In this document: piece by piece, positions 1 to 10,600 of the stretch
Position numbering within the stretch: the stretch's first letter is position 1
Layout of the letters: each line of letters starts with the position of its first letter
IMG/VR virus record: IMGVR_UViG_3300020151_001173
Location: 1 to 28,022 of that record
Source: a virus
Taxonomy: Duplodnaviria > Caudoviricetes
Length of the DNA stretch: 28,022 nucleotides
Direction: 5' to 3' (one strand)
Program-made: the position numbers and the translations under genes
Notes under the pieces: generated by a model
Seen by the model: the letters and a program-made list of their open reading frames with translations, nothing else
Database searches by the model: none
Told to the model about the DNA's origin: nothing

Positions 1-301
1 TACTAACTTAAATTATTCCGGAATAGCGACCTTACCAACAATTGATGGAACCACCGCAGATTTTGTAAACCTTTACTCTAATGTTGGTGTAGTAACTACG
101 TTAAGGGGAACTGATCTAAACTATTCAGGCGTTGGAACTATTACAAATGTAGTAGGAACAAACTTAAACTATTCTGGTGTAGGTACCGTCAATAATTTAA
201 CAGGTACTAACTTAAATTATTCCGGAATAGCAACTTTACCAACAATTGATGGAACCACCGCAGATTTTACAAATCTGTATTCAAATGTTGGCGTAGTAAC
301 T
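1..301 (+). repeat. Copies 1 and 2 of a ~95-bp near-identical intragenic direct repeat
   Basis: The core aacttaaattattccggaatagc...ttaccaacaattgatggaaccaccgcagatttt starts at 5 and 209 (spacing 204 bp = 68 codons). Confidence 0.9.
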
Positions 302-2443
302 TCATTAACTACAACTAATTTTTCATCAATTGGATTTGCAACAATATCAAATCTGAGTGTATCCGGATTTTCAACCTTTAGTGGAATATCTACATTTGCA
401 AATAATGCATATTTTAACTCTCCAGTTTACTTTTCAAATTCTATAAATGTACAAAATGGATATGATCTATATTTAAGCGACAATAGCATCATAAACTTTG
501 GCGACGGAAATGATTTAAAAATATATCACAATGGAACTTCAAGTGTAATTAATAATTTAACTGGCGAATTAATAGTTAGTGGTGATTCAGTTAGACTACA
601 ATCATACGATTTCTCAGAAACTTATCTCTTAGCATTAAAAAATTCTTCGGTTGAACTTTATTTTGATAATGCCAAAAAGTTAGAAACTGTCGGAACGGGA
701 GTATCAATCACAGGAACTACTTTTACAAATCAGTTAAGTGTATCTGGAGTTTCTACATTTTTAGGTAACGCTTCTTTCAATACTGCTACATTTGGTGATT
801 CAGATACTCTTGATTTTGGTGATAGTAATGATTTAAGAATTTTTCATGACGGAACAACAAATATTATAAAAAATCAAACCGGATCTAGTTTAGAAATTAA
901 TCTAGGATCTAATAGCAACAGCATATTCTCTATTAAGAATCAAACTGAAACCCTAGCAAGATTTTATAGAGATGCTTTAGTTGATGGAAAAGTTGAACTT
1001 TATTATGATGATTCTAAGAAATTCGAAACTATAGGTGCTGGGGTAACAGTCACTGGAACAACATTCACGAATAAATTAAATGTTTCTGATGTCATAGAAA
1101 CAAATGGAATTATAGTATCTGGAATTTCTACAGTCACAACTCTCACCGGAACAAACTTAAATTATTCCGGAATAGCGACCTTACCAACAATTGATGGAAC
1201 CACCGCAGATTTTACAAATCTGTATTCAAATGTTGGCGTAGTAACTACTTTAAGGGGAACTGATCTAAACTATTCTGGCGTGGGAACTATTACTAATGTA
1301 GTAGGTACTAACTTAAATTATTCCGGAATAGCAACTTTACCAACAATTGATGGAACCACCGCAGATTTTGTAAACCTTTACTCTAACGTTGGTGTAGTAA
1401 CTACTTTAAGGGGAACAAATTATAGTTTCATTGGAATTGGTACAATTTCAAATTTAAACGGAATAAACTTAAACTTTGATATTGCAAGTATCTATGCTGC
1501 AAGTGGTGATAACTTAGTTTATACTGGATTATCAACCATAACTACATTACAAGGGACAACTTTAAATTATTCTGTTGCAGATATTACTGCATTGAGAGGA
1601 ACCAATTTAAATTATTCTGGCATATCAACTGTTTCCAATATTTTAGGAACCAATTTGAATTATAGTGGAATTGGAACAATATCTACTATAAATGGAACAA
1701 CTTTAAATTATTCAGTTGCAGATATTACTTCGCTAAGAGGAACTAATTTAAATTATTCTGGCATATCTACGGCAACTACTTTGAGTGGATCTTCTATAAA
1801 TTATACAACTTCTACTTTTACAAATGCAAGTTCAACAAATTTGAACGTAAGTGGAATTGCAACAGTTCAAAATTTATTAAGCACTGTAGGAATTGTCACC
1901 AATCTCTCCGGAACAAATTTAAATTATAGTGGAATAGGTACTTTTGGTGAAGTAAGATCCCAATATATAAAGGCAAGTGATGGTACTTCTGCGATTGCTA
2001 TATCAAATTCTACTGGCAACGTCCAAACTAGTTCCGATTTAACAGTCTCTGGAAATTTATATGTTAATGGAACAACAACCCAAATAAATACAACATCCAT
2101 TACAGTTGAAGATCGCACAATTGAACTTGGTATAGTTGACGGGTCTACTCCTTCAGTAACAACTACTTGGGACTTGGGCATTTTATTTAATTATTATCAA
2201 ACTTCATCCAAAAAATCGGCATTTATTTGGGAGCAATCAGATTCTAGATTCAAATTTGGGTCAGAAATATCAGAAAGTGTTGGAGTTGGTACCACAAGTC
2301 CACAAATTACCTTCACTTCTTATGCACCTATAGAAGTTTCTACAATATGGATTAATGATTGTGCAGGACAATCTTCAATAATAAATTGCTCTAGTGGCGA
2401 AAGACTATTGGAAAATATTACAGTTGATTGTGGAACATATTAA
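2..2443 (+). CDS. Tail fibre / virion structural protein, 5'-truncated, with 16-aa GTNLNYSG repeats
   Basis: The frame is open from base 2 (ACT AAC TTA AAT TAT TCC GGA = TNLNYSG) to TAA at 2441-2443, so the ORF-track GTG start at 1280 is internal. It carries GTNLNYSG repeats, two FGDxNDLxIxH...VELY(F/Y)DxxKK(L/F)ET modules, and a C-terminal GNLYVNGTTTQINTTSITVEDRTIELG motif typical of phage fibres. Confidence 0.85.
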   Translation, partial: TNLNYSGIATLPTIDGTTADFVNLYSNVGVVTTLRGTDLNYSGVGTITNVVGTNLNYSGVGTVNNLTGTNLNYSGIATLPTIDGTTADFTNLYSNVGVVTSLTTTNFSSIGFATISNLSVSGFSTFSGISTFANNAYFNSPVYFSNSINVQNGYDLYLSDNSIINFGDGNDLKIYHNGTSSVINNLTGELIVSGDSVRLQSYDFSETYLLALKNSSVELYFDNAKKLETVGTGVSITGTTFTNQLSVSGVSTFLGNASFNTATFGDSDTLDFGDSNDLRIFHDGTTNIIKNQTGSSLEINLGSNSNSIFSIKNQTETLARFYRDALVDGKVELYYDDSKKFETIGAGVTVTGTTFTNKLNVSDVIETNGIIVSGISTVTTLTGTNLNYSGIATLPTIDGTTADFTNLYSNVGVVTTLRGTDLNYSGVGTITNVVGTNLNYSGIATLPTIDGTTADFVNLYSNVGVVTTLRGTNYSFIGIGTISNLNGINLNFDIASIYAASGDNLVYTGLSTITTLQGTTLNYSVADITALRGTNLNYSGISTVSNILGTNLNYSGIGTISTINGTTLNYSVADITSLRGTNLNYSGISTATTLSGSSINYTTSTFTNASSTNLNVSGIATVQNLLSTVGIVTNLSGTNLNYSGIGTFGEVRSQYIKASDGTSAIAISNSTGNVQTSSDLTVSGNLYVNGTTTQINTTSITVEDRTIELGIVDGSTPSVTTTWDLGILFNYYQTSSKKSAFIWEQSDSRFKFGSEISESVGVGTTSPQITFTSYAPIEVSTIWINDCAGQSSIINCSSGERLLENITVDCGTY
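1154..1416 (+). repeat. Copies 3 and 4 of the same direct repeat
   Basis: The same core starts at 1154 and 1310 (spacing 156 bp = 52 codons). Copy 3 is 1149 bp (383 codons) from copy 1. Confidence 0.9.
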
Positions 2444-2444
2444 A

Positions 2445-2630
2445 ATGAATGAAAATGATTTAAAAGAAGTTATTAATGTATATCAACAAAAAAGTTTTGA
2501 ACTTCTAAACAAAAATATTGTGTTAGAAGCACAATTAAACCAATTAAAGATAATTGTACAAAACATAACAGAAGAAAACAACGTTTTAAAATCTCTACTC
2601 GAAGATTCACAACAGACTGAAGATTATTGA
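2445..2630 (+). CDS. Small coiled-coil protein (61 aa), possible fibre chaperone
   Basis: ATG at 2445 lies one base after the upstream TAA. The sequence MNENDLKEVINVYQQKSFELLNKNIVLEAQL... has a heptad pattern. This start is preferred over the overlapping 2394 start. Confidence 0.7.
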   Translation: MNENDLKEVINVYQQKSFELLNKNIVLEAQLNQLKIIVQNITEENNVLKSLLEDSQQTEDY

Positions 2631-2636
2631 TAAATA
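2629..2636 (+). promoter_or_regulatory. T4-type late promoter (GATAAATA)
   Basis: 7/8 match to TATAAATA, about 50 nt before ATG 2688, overlapping the upstream TGA stop. Confidence 0.7.
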
Positions 2637-2641
2637 TATAA

Positions 2642-2675
2642 AAGTTCAATTCATATTGAACTTGAGGTATATACC
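2642..2675 (+). promoter_or_regulatory. 5'-leader hairpin plus palindrome
   Basis: AAGTTCAAT-tcat-ATTGAACTT is a perfect 9-bp stem (2642-2663). GGTATATACC (2666-2675) is a perfect palindrome. Confidence 0.45.
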
Positions 2676-2687
2676 AATTTGCATTAA

Positions 2688-4268
2688 ATGGCATCTCCCA
2701 AAATTAGAATTAAACGTTCTGCAGTTCCCGGAAAGTCGCCGCAGGTAAATGATTTACCTTTGGGAGAACTTGGCCTTAACACATATGACGCAGAGTTATA
2801 TGCTCGCAGAGAACGCACGGGAATCGGCACCGATATCGTAAGACTTGGTGCCGGAGCAACAGTTACCAATATTCTTTATGTTACATCAGACGGAAGCGAC
2901 TCAAATACAGGAAAAAAACTTGGAGACGCAAAAAGAACAATCGGAGCAGCACTCACCACAGCAACAGCAGGAACAGTTATTAAAGTTAGTGCTGGATCTT
3001 ATGTAGAAAACAACCCGTTATCTGTTCCTGAACAAGTTTCTATAATTGGAGACAGTTTAAGAGAGGTATCAGTATCTCCACAAAATTCTGGTTCTGATTT
3101 GTTCTACATAACAAACGGAAATTATGTTGCAGAAATGTCTTATACAGGAACTCTTAATGCAGGTAAAGCAATATTTGCATTTAATCCTGTTGGTGCAGGT
3201 ACCATAACTCAATCACCATATATTCAAAATTGCACAAATTTCATTCCAAATAGCATTGGAATGAAAATTGATGGAAATCATGCAAGTGGTAATTTAAAGT
3301 CAATGGTGCTAGATTCGTATACACAGTATAATCAGGGAGGTATAGGAGTTTCTATCACAAATAATGGATATGCTCAACTAGTGTCTCTTTTTACTATTTG
3401 CAACAATATTGCTGTTTATTGTGGATCTGGTGGGGCATGTGACTTAACAAATTCAAATTCTTCTTTTGGAAATTATGCACTAATTGCGGATGGAGTAAGT
3501 TCACAGCAGTTTGTTGGTGTTGTAACTGTTGCCACAAGTTCAAATACAAATGAATTTGTTATTGCTGGATTAGGAAACACTAGACCATATGACGGGCAAG
3601 TAGTTTATTTTGATAAATTGTATAACACTGTAGAAAAAATTTCTGTTTCTGTAGGAGGAACGGGTTATACCTCTCCACCAACAATAACAATCTCTCCACC
3701 GTCAACTTCTTGGGGTATTCAAGCTCAAGCAGTAGCAGAAATTGATAATGGAAGTGTTACAAATATTCAAGTTGTTTCTAGTGGAAGAGGATATGAATCT
3801 ACACCAACAATAACAATATCCTCACCAAATGTGGGAATTAGTACTGCAATTGCGGTTGCATCATTACTTCCCACATACTACGTAATTGAAAGTGCAACTC
3901 CGATTTCTTCCGGAATTTCAACTATTACATTGACCGATAATGTTCCATATTCTGTTGGAGTTGGTACAACTGTTCCATTCTTTAAACAAAGCAGAATTTT
4001 AGCGTCGGGACATTCATTTGAATATGTTGGTTCTGGAATAACCATTGCATCTGCACTTCCGTCAACGGGAGGTATTCCAATACAAGAGAATGAAACTGAA
4101 GCACGAAATGGTGGTTTGGTTGTATATACATCAACAGATCAATCAGGAAATTTTAGAATAGGTGACGGAGTTACAGTAAATCAACAAACCGGAACAATAT
4201 CGGGTAACTTTTATTCAAAAAGTTTATTTACTACAATGACACCTTTTATTCTAGCACTAGGAGGATAG
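2688..4268 (+). CDS. Virion structural protein with pectin-lyase-like beta-helix (526 aa)
   Basis: The N-terminal IRIKRSAVPGKSP..LGELGLNTYD motif is typical of phage fibre N-termini. YVTSDGSDSNTG...KRTIGAA...IKVSAGSYVE...IIGDSLR resembles a beta-helix cap. It also has SPYIQNCT and GGTGYTSPPTITI-type repeats. Confidence 0.75.
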   Translation: MASPKIRIKRSAVPGKSPQVNDLPLGELGLNTYDAELYARRERTGIGTDIVRLGAGATVTNILYVTSDGSDSNTGKKLGDAKRTIGAALTTATAGTVIKVSAGSYVENNPLSVPEQVSIIGDSLREVSVSPQNSGSDLFYITNGNYVAEMSYTGTLNAGKAIFAFNPVGAGTITQSPYIQNCTNFIPNSIGMKIDGNHASGNLKSMVLDSYTQYNQGGIGVSITNNGYAQLVSLFTICNNIAVYCGSGGACDLTNSNSSFGNYALIADGVSSQQFVGVVTVATSSNTNEFVIAGLGNTRPYDGQVVYFDKLYNTVEKISVSVGGTGYTSPPTITISPPSTSWGIQAQAVAEIDNGSVTNIQVVSSGRGYESTPTITISSPNVGISTAIAVASLLPTYYVIESATPISSGISTITLTDNVPYSVGVGTTVPFFKQSRILASGHSFEYVGSGITIASALPSTGGIPIQENETEARNGGLVVYTSTDQSGNFRIGDGVTVNQQTGTISGNFYSKSLFTTMTPFILALGG

Positions 4269-4274
4269 ACAAAA

Positions 4275-4619
4275 ATGGCATTAGCTTTAAACGTATTTAA
4301 AACAATAACACATGTAGTTACTCCTGATAAGGTTGGAATATACACTGCACCAGTTGGATATTCTGGTGTGGTTCTTCTTGCCCAGGCAGCAAACGTTGAC
4401 TCTGAATCGCATACAATAACATTTTCTCATGAAAGATCAGTTTCCGGAACTGCAGTAACAACCGAGATCGTGAAAGATTTTGCAATCCCATCAAATGATT
4501 CTGCAAATTTAGTATCAGGAAAACTTGTACTGGAATCCGGTGATAAGTTAAATATAACAGGTGTAGGATCCACAGGAAATTTAAAATTCATAGCAAGTGT
4601 TTTAGAAACACTAAATTAG
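4275..4619 (+). CDS. Small beta-rich probable virion structural protein (114 aa)
   Basis: Intact ORF preceded by a strong AGGAGG Shine-Dalgarno. IYTAPVGY and KLVLESGD motifs resemble small cyanomyovirus virion proteins. Confidence 0.7.
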   Translation: MALALNVFKTITHVVTPDKVGIYTAPVGYSGVVLLAQAANVDSESHTITFSHERSVSGTAVTTEIVKDFAIPSNDSANLVSGKLVLESGDKLNITGVGSTGNLKFIASVLETLN

Positions 4620-4659
4620 TAATCAGCAAACTATTATTAAGTAGGACTTTATATCAAAA

Positions 4660-7600
4660 ATGGACAAATTTCTAAGCGGAAGAAAATCTCAATTAAACGT
4701 TGGTATAAGTTCCTTTACAGAGAACAATACTGTCATAACAACTATTGGTAGAGTTGGTATAAAAACCGACAATGCTTCTTCCGATTTAGAAGTTTTTGGT
4801 ACTGCAAAAGTTTCTGGAATATCAACTTTTGGTTCTGGAATTGCAGTTACACTTGATGGCGATGGTGGAGAGATAAGAATTGGTTCTGGAGTAACAATAA
4901 CAAATAGTACTTTTAAGTCTGGAGACACATATTTAGACTCATCAGCTCTTGCGGTCAATACTGTACTTACCGATTTAATTGAAACAACTTCCGTACAATC
5001 AACAAATATTGTTGCGACTGGGGTTGGTACAATAGGAACCCTTTCGGTAGATACTTTAACTTATGGAGTTGGAATCGCAAATACTTTAGAAGGATATCAA
5101 TTAAATTATTCTGTTGGGGTTGTAACATCCCTATCAGGATCTGGATTGGAATATAATGTTGGCATTATAACCAATTTAACAGGAGTAAATTTAAATTATT
5201 CTGGCGTTTCCACCATACAGGATTTAAGATCTGCCGTAGGTGTAGTTACAAATATTTCCGGAACATTTTTATCTTATAGTGGAGTTGGAACTTTTGGAAG
5301 TATAAATGCAACTTCCATAGGATTAAGTTCTGATATCTATGCTTCCATAGGCAATTTTGGTGTTGGCGTAGTCACAACAATAAGTGGAATAGGATTATCA
5401 TATTCAAATGGAACTGTAGAAAAGTTAAACGGACAGAATTTAAATTACTCAGGAATTTCTACAGTTACTACTCTAACTGGAGAAAATTTAAATTATTCCG
5501 GAATTGGTACAGTTAGTTCATTATATGGAACAGATTTAAATTATTCCGGAATAGGCAGTATTTCTAGTATAGTTGGTTCAAATATCAATTATTCTGGTGT
5601 AGGTACAATATCAGCTTTAACCGGTACAAATTTAAATTATTCCGGAGTAAGCACATTATCAAATTTAAACGGATTCAATATATCATATAATGGTATAGGC
5701 ACAATATCTACTTTAACTGGTATTGATATTAACTATAGTGGAGTAGGAACATTTGCAGCATCTAATATACAAACTCTTGAAGGTAATCAACTAACATACA
5801 ATTCTGCAACTTTCACATCAATTGCTTCCACAGATATTAATATAAGCGGAATATCAACTATTTTAACACTAGAAGGATCAACCCTTAACTATAGTGGATT
5901 GAGTACAATATCAACTCTTATGGGGTCTGATATTGAGTATGTTGGGATTAGTTCTTTAACATATTTGAATGGTACAAATTTAAACTATTCTGGTGTAGGC
6001 ACAATCGCAACTTTAGTTGGTAGTAATATAAATTATAGCGGAATAAGCAGTTTTGCAACGATAAATGGAACAAATCTAAATTATTCTGGTGTAGGAACAA
6101 TAACGCAGATAAAATCAAATAATGTTGAGGTTGTTGGATTATCAACTTTAGATACTATAAGGGGTACCAATTTAAACTATTCTGGAATAGGTACAATTGA
6201 TACGTTGTCAGGTAACAACATTAATTATTCCGGAATAAGTACATTCCAATATCTAGAAGGAACAAATTTAAATTATTCTGGTATTGGCACTATATCAACT
6301 ATTAATGGCACAACTGGAAATATTTCGGATATTTCTGGCAGCACTTTAAATTATTCTAGCGGAACAGTAACAACCCTTGACGGAGATACTTCAACATTTT
6401 TAGAAGGATCATTTGATGATGTAACAACAATAAATCTAAATTCTTCTGGAATTGGGACAATCCCAGAGATTAAAGGTTCTAATCTAGAGTATACTGGAAT
6501 TGGATCCATTACCAATATTGCAGGAACCAATTTAAACTATACGGGTATAGGCACAATTCCAATTTTATCCGGAACTAATATCAATTACTCTGGTGTTGGT
6601 ACAATTACTACTCTAAATGGAACAGAAATTAATATTTCTGGATTTGGAACTATTCCATATTTGAATGGTACTAATATCAATTACTCTGGAATTGGTACAA
6701 TTTCGAATTTAAATTCAAGCGATTCAAATATTACCAACATACGTGGAACTAATTTAAATTATTCTGGTGTTGGTACAGTTATAACTTTATACGGTACCGA
6801 TATTAACTACTCTGGTGTAGGTACAATCGGAACATTGTTTGGAAATAACATAAACTATTCTGGAAGTGGAAGTATTTCAAACTTAAATGGAACAAATCTA
6901 AATTATTCGGGAATAACGACAGTAAATGAATTATTTGCAACAGACTTTACTCTGTCTGGAGTTGCAAGTATTAGCAGTTTAAGAGGTAACACTTTATATT
7001 ATAAAAACGTATTTTCTAATGTTGGACTAGTTACAGAAATTTCAGGTACCAATTTAGATTATATTGGCGTTGGCACTATAGCAACTTTCAATAGTAATAG
7101 TTCCAATATACAGACTTTAAGTGGAAATGATATTAATTATTCTGGTATTGGGTCAATAACCAATTTGAATGGATCCAATATTAATTATTCTGGTATAGGA
7201 TCAATAAACAACCTTAGTGGCACTAATTTAAATTATTCCGGAATAGCTACGGCAACAACAATTAATTCAATCATAGGAATAATTACAACTGCCCAAATAC
7301 AAACTATATCAGGAACAAACTTAAATTATTCTGGTGTAAGTACTATTGGTAATGTAAAAATTGGGTTTGGCAATACAACTCTGATTGTTACCGGAGACGC
7401 TAGAGTAATCGGAATATTAACTGTTGGATCAGGATCAGTAACTATAAACGGAAATAATAATGTTTTAACCGGAGTATCGACATTTAACGCAAATTCCGGA
7501 ATTATAACAACACTGAGTGGTACCCAAGCAACATATGATAGTGCTATTTTAAATAATGATCTCAAATTTATAGGCATTAACACACAAACTAGTGGAATCA

Positions 7601-10600
7601 ATACTTATAGGTTTGTTGGAGCTTCATCTACAGATTCACAGTCATATACATTAACTCTTCCACCAAATTTAGGAATTCCTGGTCAAGTTTTAACTTTAAA
7701 TCCTGGAGGAAAATTATCTTTTGAGAACGCAGGTTTATATGAAAATAGAATCTATGTTTCTACAGCAAATGGTAATGATGCAAACGACGGCAAGGCCGCT
7801 CCAGTTGCTACTATCAAGAGAGCAGCGCAGTTAGCATCATTTGAGTCATTTGTATTACCTGGAGGAAGATATTTAGATGCTGCAAACTTACTAGAAGCAA
7901 ACAAGGAATTTATCAAATCTGAAGTTATTGGATTTACAACAACTACCTATCCTGCTCTACTTACAGATCCAGAGTATGATGAAACTATATGCAAAAGAGA
8001 TATTGGTTACATTGTAGATGCAATCGTATATGATTTATCTTACGGAGGAAATTCAAAATCTGTTGCCGCTGGATTGGCATATTGGAATGCTGGTACAAGT
8101 TATGTTGCCGGAGAAACAACCGAAACAGTATCCGCATACCGCTACATCATTGATCTTTCAAAATACATCATTAATAATGTTGGAGTGCCAACAACTTATC
8201 AGAACACATTATTCCAATCATATGATTTATCAATAGCATATGATGACTCATGCAATCCTAGTGCATACAGCGAAAATTGCTGTGCTGATGTTTTAAGTGC
8301 GATTGGATCTTATGTTGGAATTGTTACAACAATTATAGGGATAGGAACAGCAGCTACTCCCTCAGTAACTTTACCTACAGTAAAATCAAATCCAGTATGT
8401 ATTTTTGTTGAAGCTGGAGAATATGTAGAGGATAATCCAATCATTCTTTACGAAGACGTAGCAATTGTTGGAGATAACTTAAGAAATACTATTATACGAC
8501 CATTAAATTCCGGAAAAGATTTATTCCGAGTCAGAAATGGTTGTTATGTAACGGGATTTGCAATGAAAGATTATGTGGACGCTGCTGGTGTCCCACAATA
8601 CACATTCGATTATGCTATTGCATTTGACGATCCATCAGATCCCAATACTCCAAGAACTGGTTATGCAGTAAAAACAACAAAACCAATTATCACAAGATCG
8701 CCATATATTCAAAACTGTTCAATACTTTCGTTTTTAGGTGGAAATGGAATTTTAGTTGACGGATCCAAAGTACTAACACCCAATACCGCAATCATACCAG
8801 AAGAAGCAGAAAATCCCGTCATTGGACCACAACCAGAATTTGGTAAATCAATGGTTGCCAATGCCTTTACAATGGTTTCATTTGGTGGAATTGGATGGAG
8901 GGTAATTAATGATGGATATTCTCAGGTTGTTTCTTGTTTCCAAATTTTCTGTCGTTATGGATCACTTGCACAATCTGGTGGTTATCTATCAATTACAAAC
9001 TCCGCAACAAACTTTGGTTATTACGCTCTCAAATCAACTGGATTCAATCAAAGATCATATGTATTTGATAGAGGTGTAGCTTCAGCAACAGGTACAAGTG
9101 GAGGTCTTCAAACATTGAAAGTTATCGGTTTGGGAAGAACCGATCAAGATCTGTATGTCTTGAGATTTATTGACGGTAGTGGAATTGATCAAACATCTTC
9201 ATTTAAACAATCTGTAGTTTCCAAAACAGTTAATATAGCAGTTGGAGTTAATACAACTACAGATACTGTAGGTATTGCAAGCCATGGATTTACCGAAGGA
9301 GACAAAGTAGTTTACTTAGGACATGAAGGCATAATACCTGCGCAGGTAATTGGTGGACTTGTAAACCAAAATGAATATTATGTAAAATTTGTCGATGTGG
9401 ATAATTTCAAGTTATATGAAGATGAAAGTTTAACAAGACTTGTCGATTTAACTTCAGTAACTACTGGTATTAATACTTTCCAGAAAGGAAACCAAGAATT
9501 CTTCAATTTTGAAACAGTAGATACCCACAATTCTTATCAAAAAATTGGCATTGCATCTACTTCAAGTACTCTGAATTTTGTACCGGGAAGACAGGTAACA
9601 CAATCTGTAAATGGAGGAACTGCAGTAGGATATGCATATACCTATAACAGTTCTTCTAGAGAACTTATCGTTTCCGTAGAAAAAATAGCGGGTGTACGAA
9701 ATAATTTTGGGGTTACTGGAATAGGTACTAATTCCATAATCCTAGATCATAGTGGGTCTCCAGTATCAATTGCAATAACTTCGGTAACAGGAATAACTAC
9801 ATTATCTACGGTAGAATTCAAAGTTGATTCTACGGAAACGGGAAATCAAGTATTAAATATTGCAAACTTAGTAGAAAATTACAAAGTTCACTTCCATAGA
9901 CCTTCTATTGTTAACTCCTCTTCACATACTTGGGAATTCTCCGGATCTGGAATAGATTATAATGCATTACCACAAAATGGTGGCAAAACAGATGTGGCAA
10001 CAGAACAAGTTTATTCATTAGGAGGAAGAGTTTATTCATCCGGAACAAATGAACTTGGAGACTTTAAGATTGGAGAATTTATTATTGCATATAACAGAAC
10101 TGGCAATATTGTATTCAATAATAAAGTTTCTATTGGACAATTAGACTCTTTGAGATTGAGTCTATCTGGTGGTGTTGCTATTGAAGAATTCTCAACTGAT
10201 GTTGGACTGGGAGATAATGAAATTGGAGGTCCACTGGATAGTAGAGTTTCAACTCAAAAAGCAGTCCGTTCTTTCTTAAACAATAGACTTGGAGACTTTA
10301 TTGATAAATCAGTTTCTACAAATGCAGTTCCAAGTTCTATTGTACAGTTAAATTCAATTGGACAAATTAATCCAGACTTGATTCCGCCAAAAGTTGTCAA
10401 TTATTACAAAACAAATGTTTCTGGAGGAAGAACTACATTAGTTGATCAAATTCCAGCCATTAATTTGGGAAATGGAGATACTGTAATTGAACCAGATAGT
10501 GGATATGTACTTATTTCTGATGTATATGGACAATATTTGATACTGAATAACAATACGAGAAACTATAACTTCCAAAATGGTGATGTAGTTACAAGTACAA

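Noticed and set aside
1-1416. CRISPR array or DGR template/variable repeat pair
   Set aside because: The repeats are in-frame coding units without unique regular spacers. Mismatches are not adenine-specific, and there is no reverse transcriptase or cas gene in the window.
1280-2443. 387-aa protein starting at GTG 1280
   Set aside because: The frame is open from base 2, so this is the 3' part of a longer truncated gene.
2394-2444. N-terminal extension of the 78-aa ORF
   Set aside because: It overlaps the upstream gene. ATG 2445, right after the stop codon, is the more plausible start.
5095-7350. Ice-nucleation protein (also a 16-aa period)
   Set aside because: It lacks the AGYGSTxTA consensus and regular TxT ladders. 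Only the period is shared.
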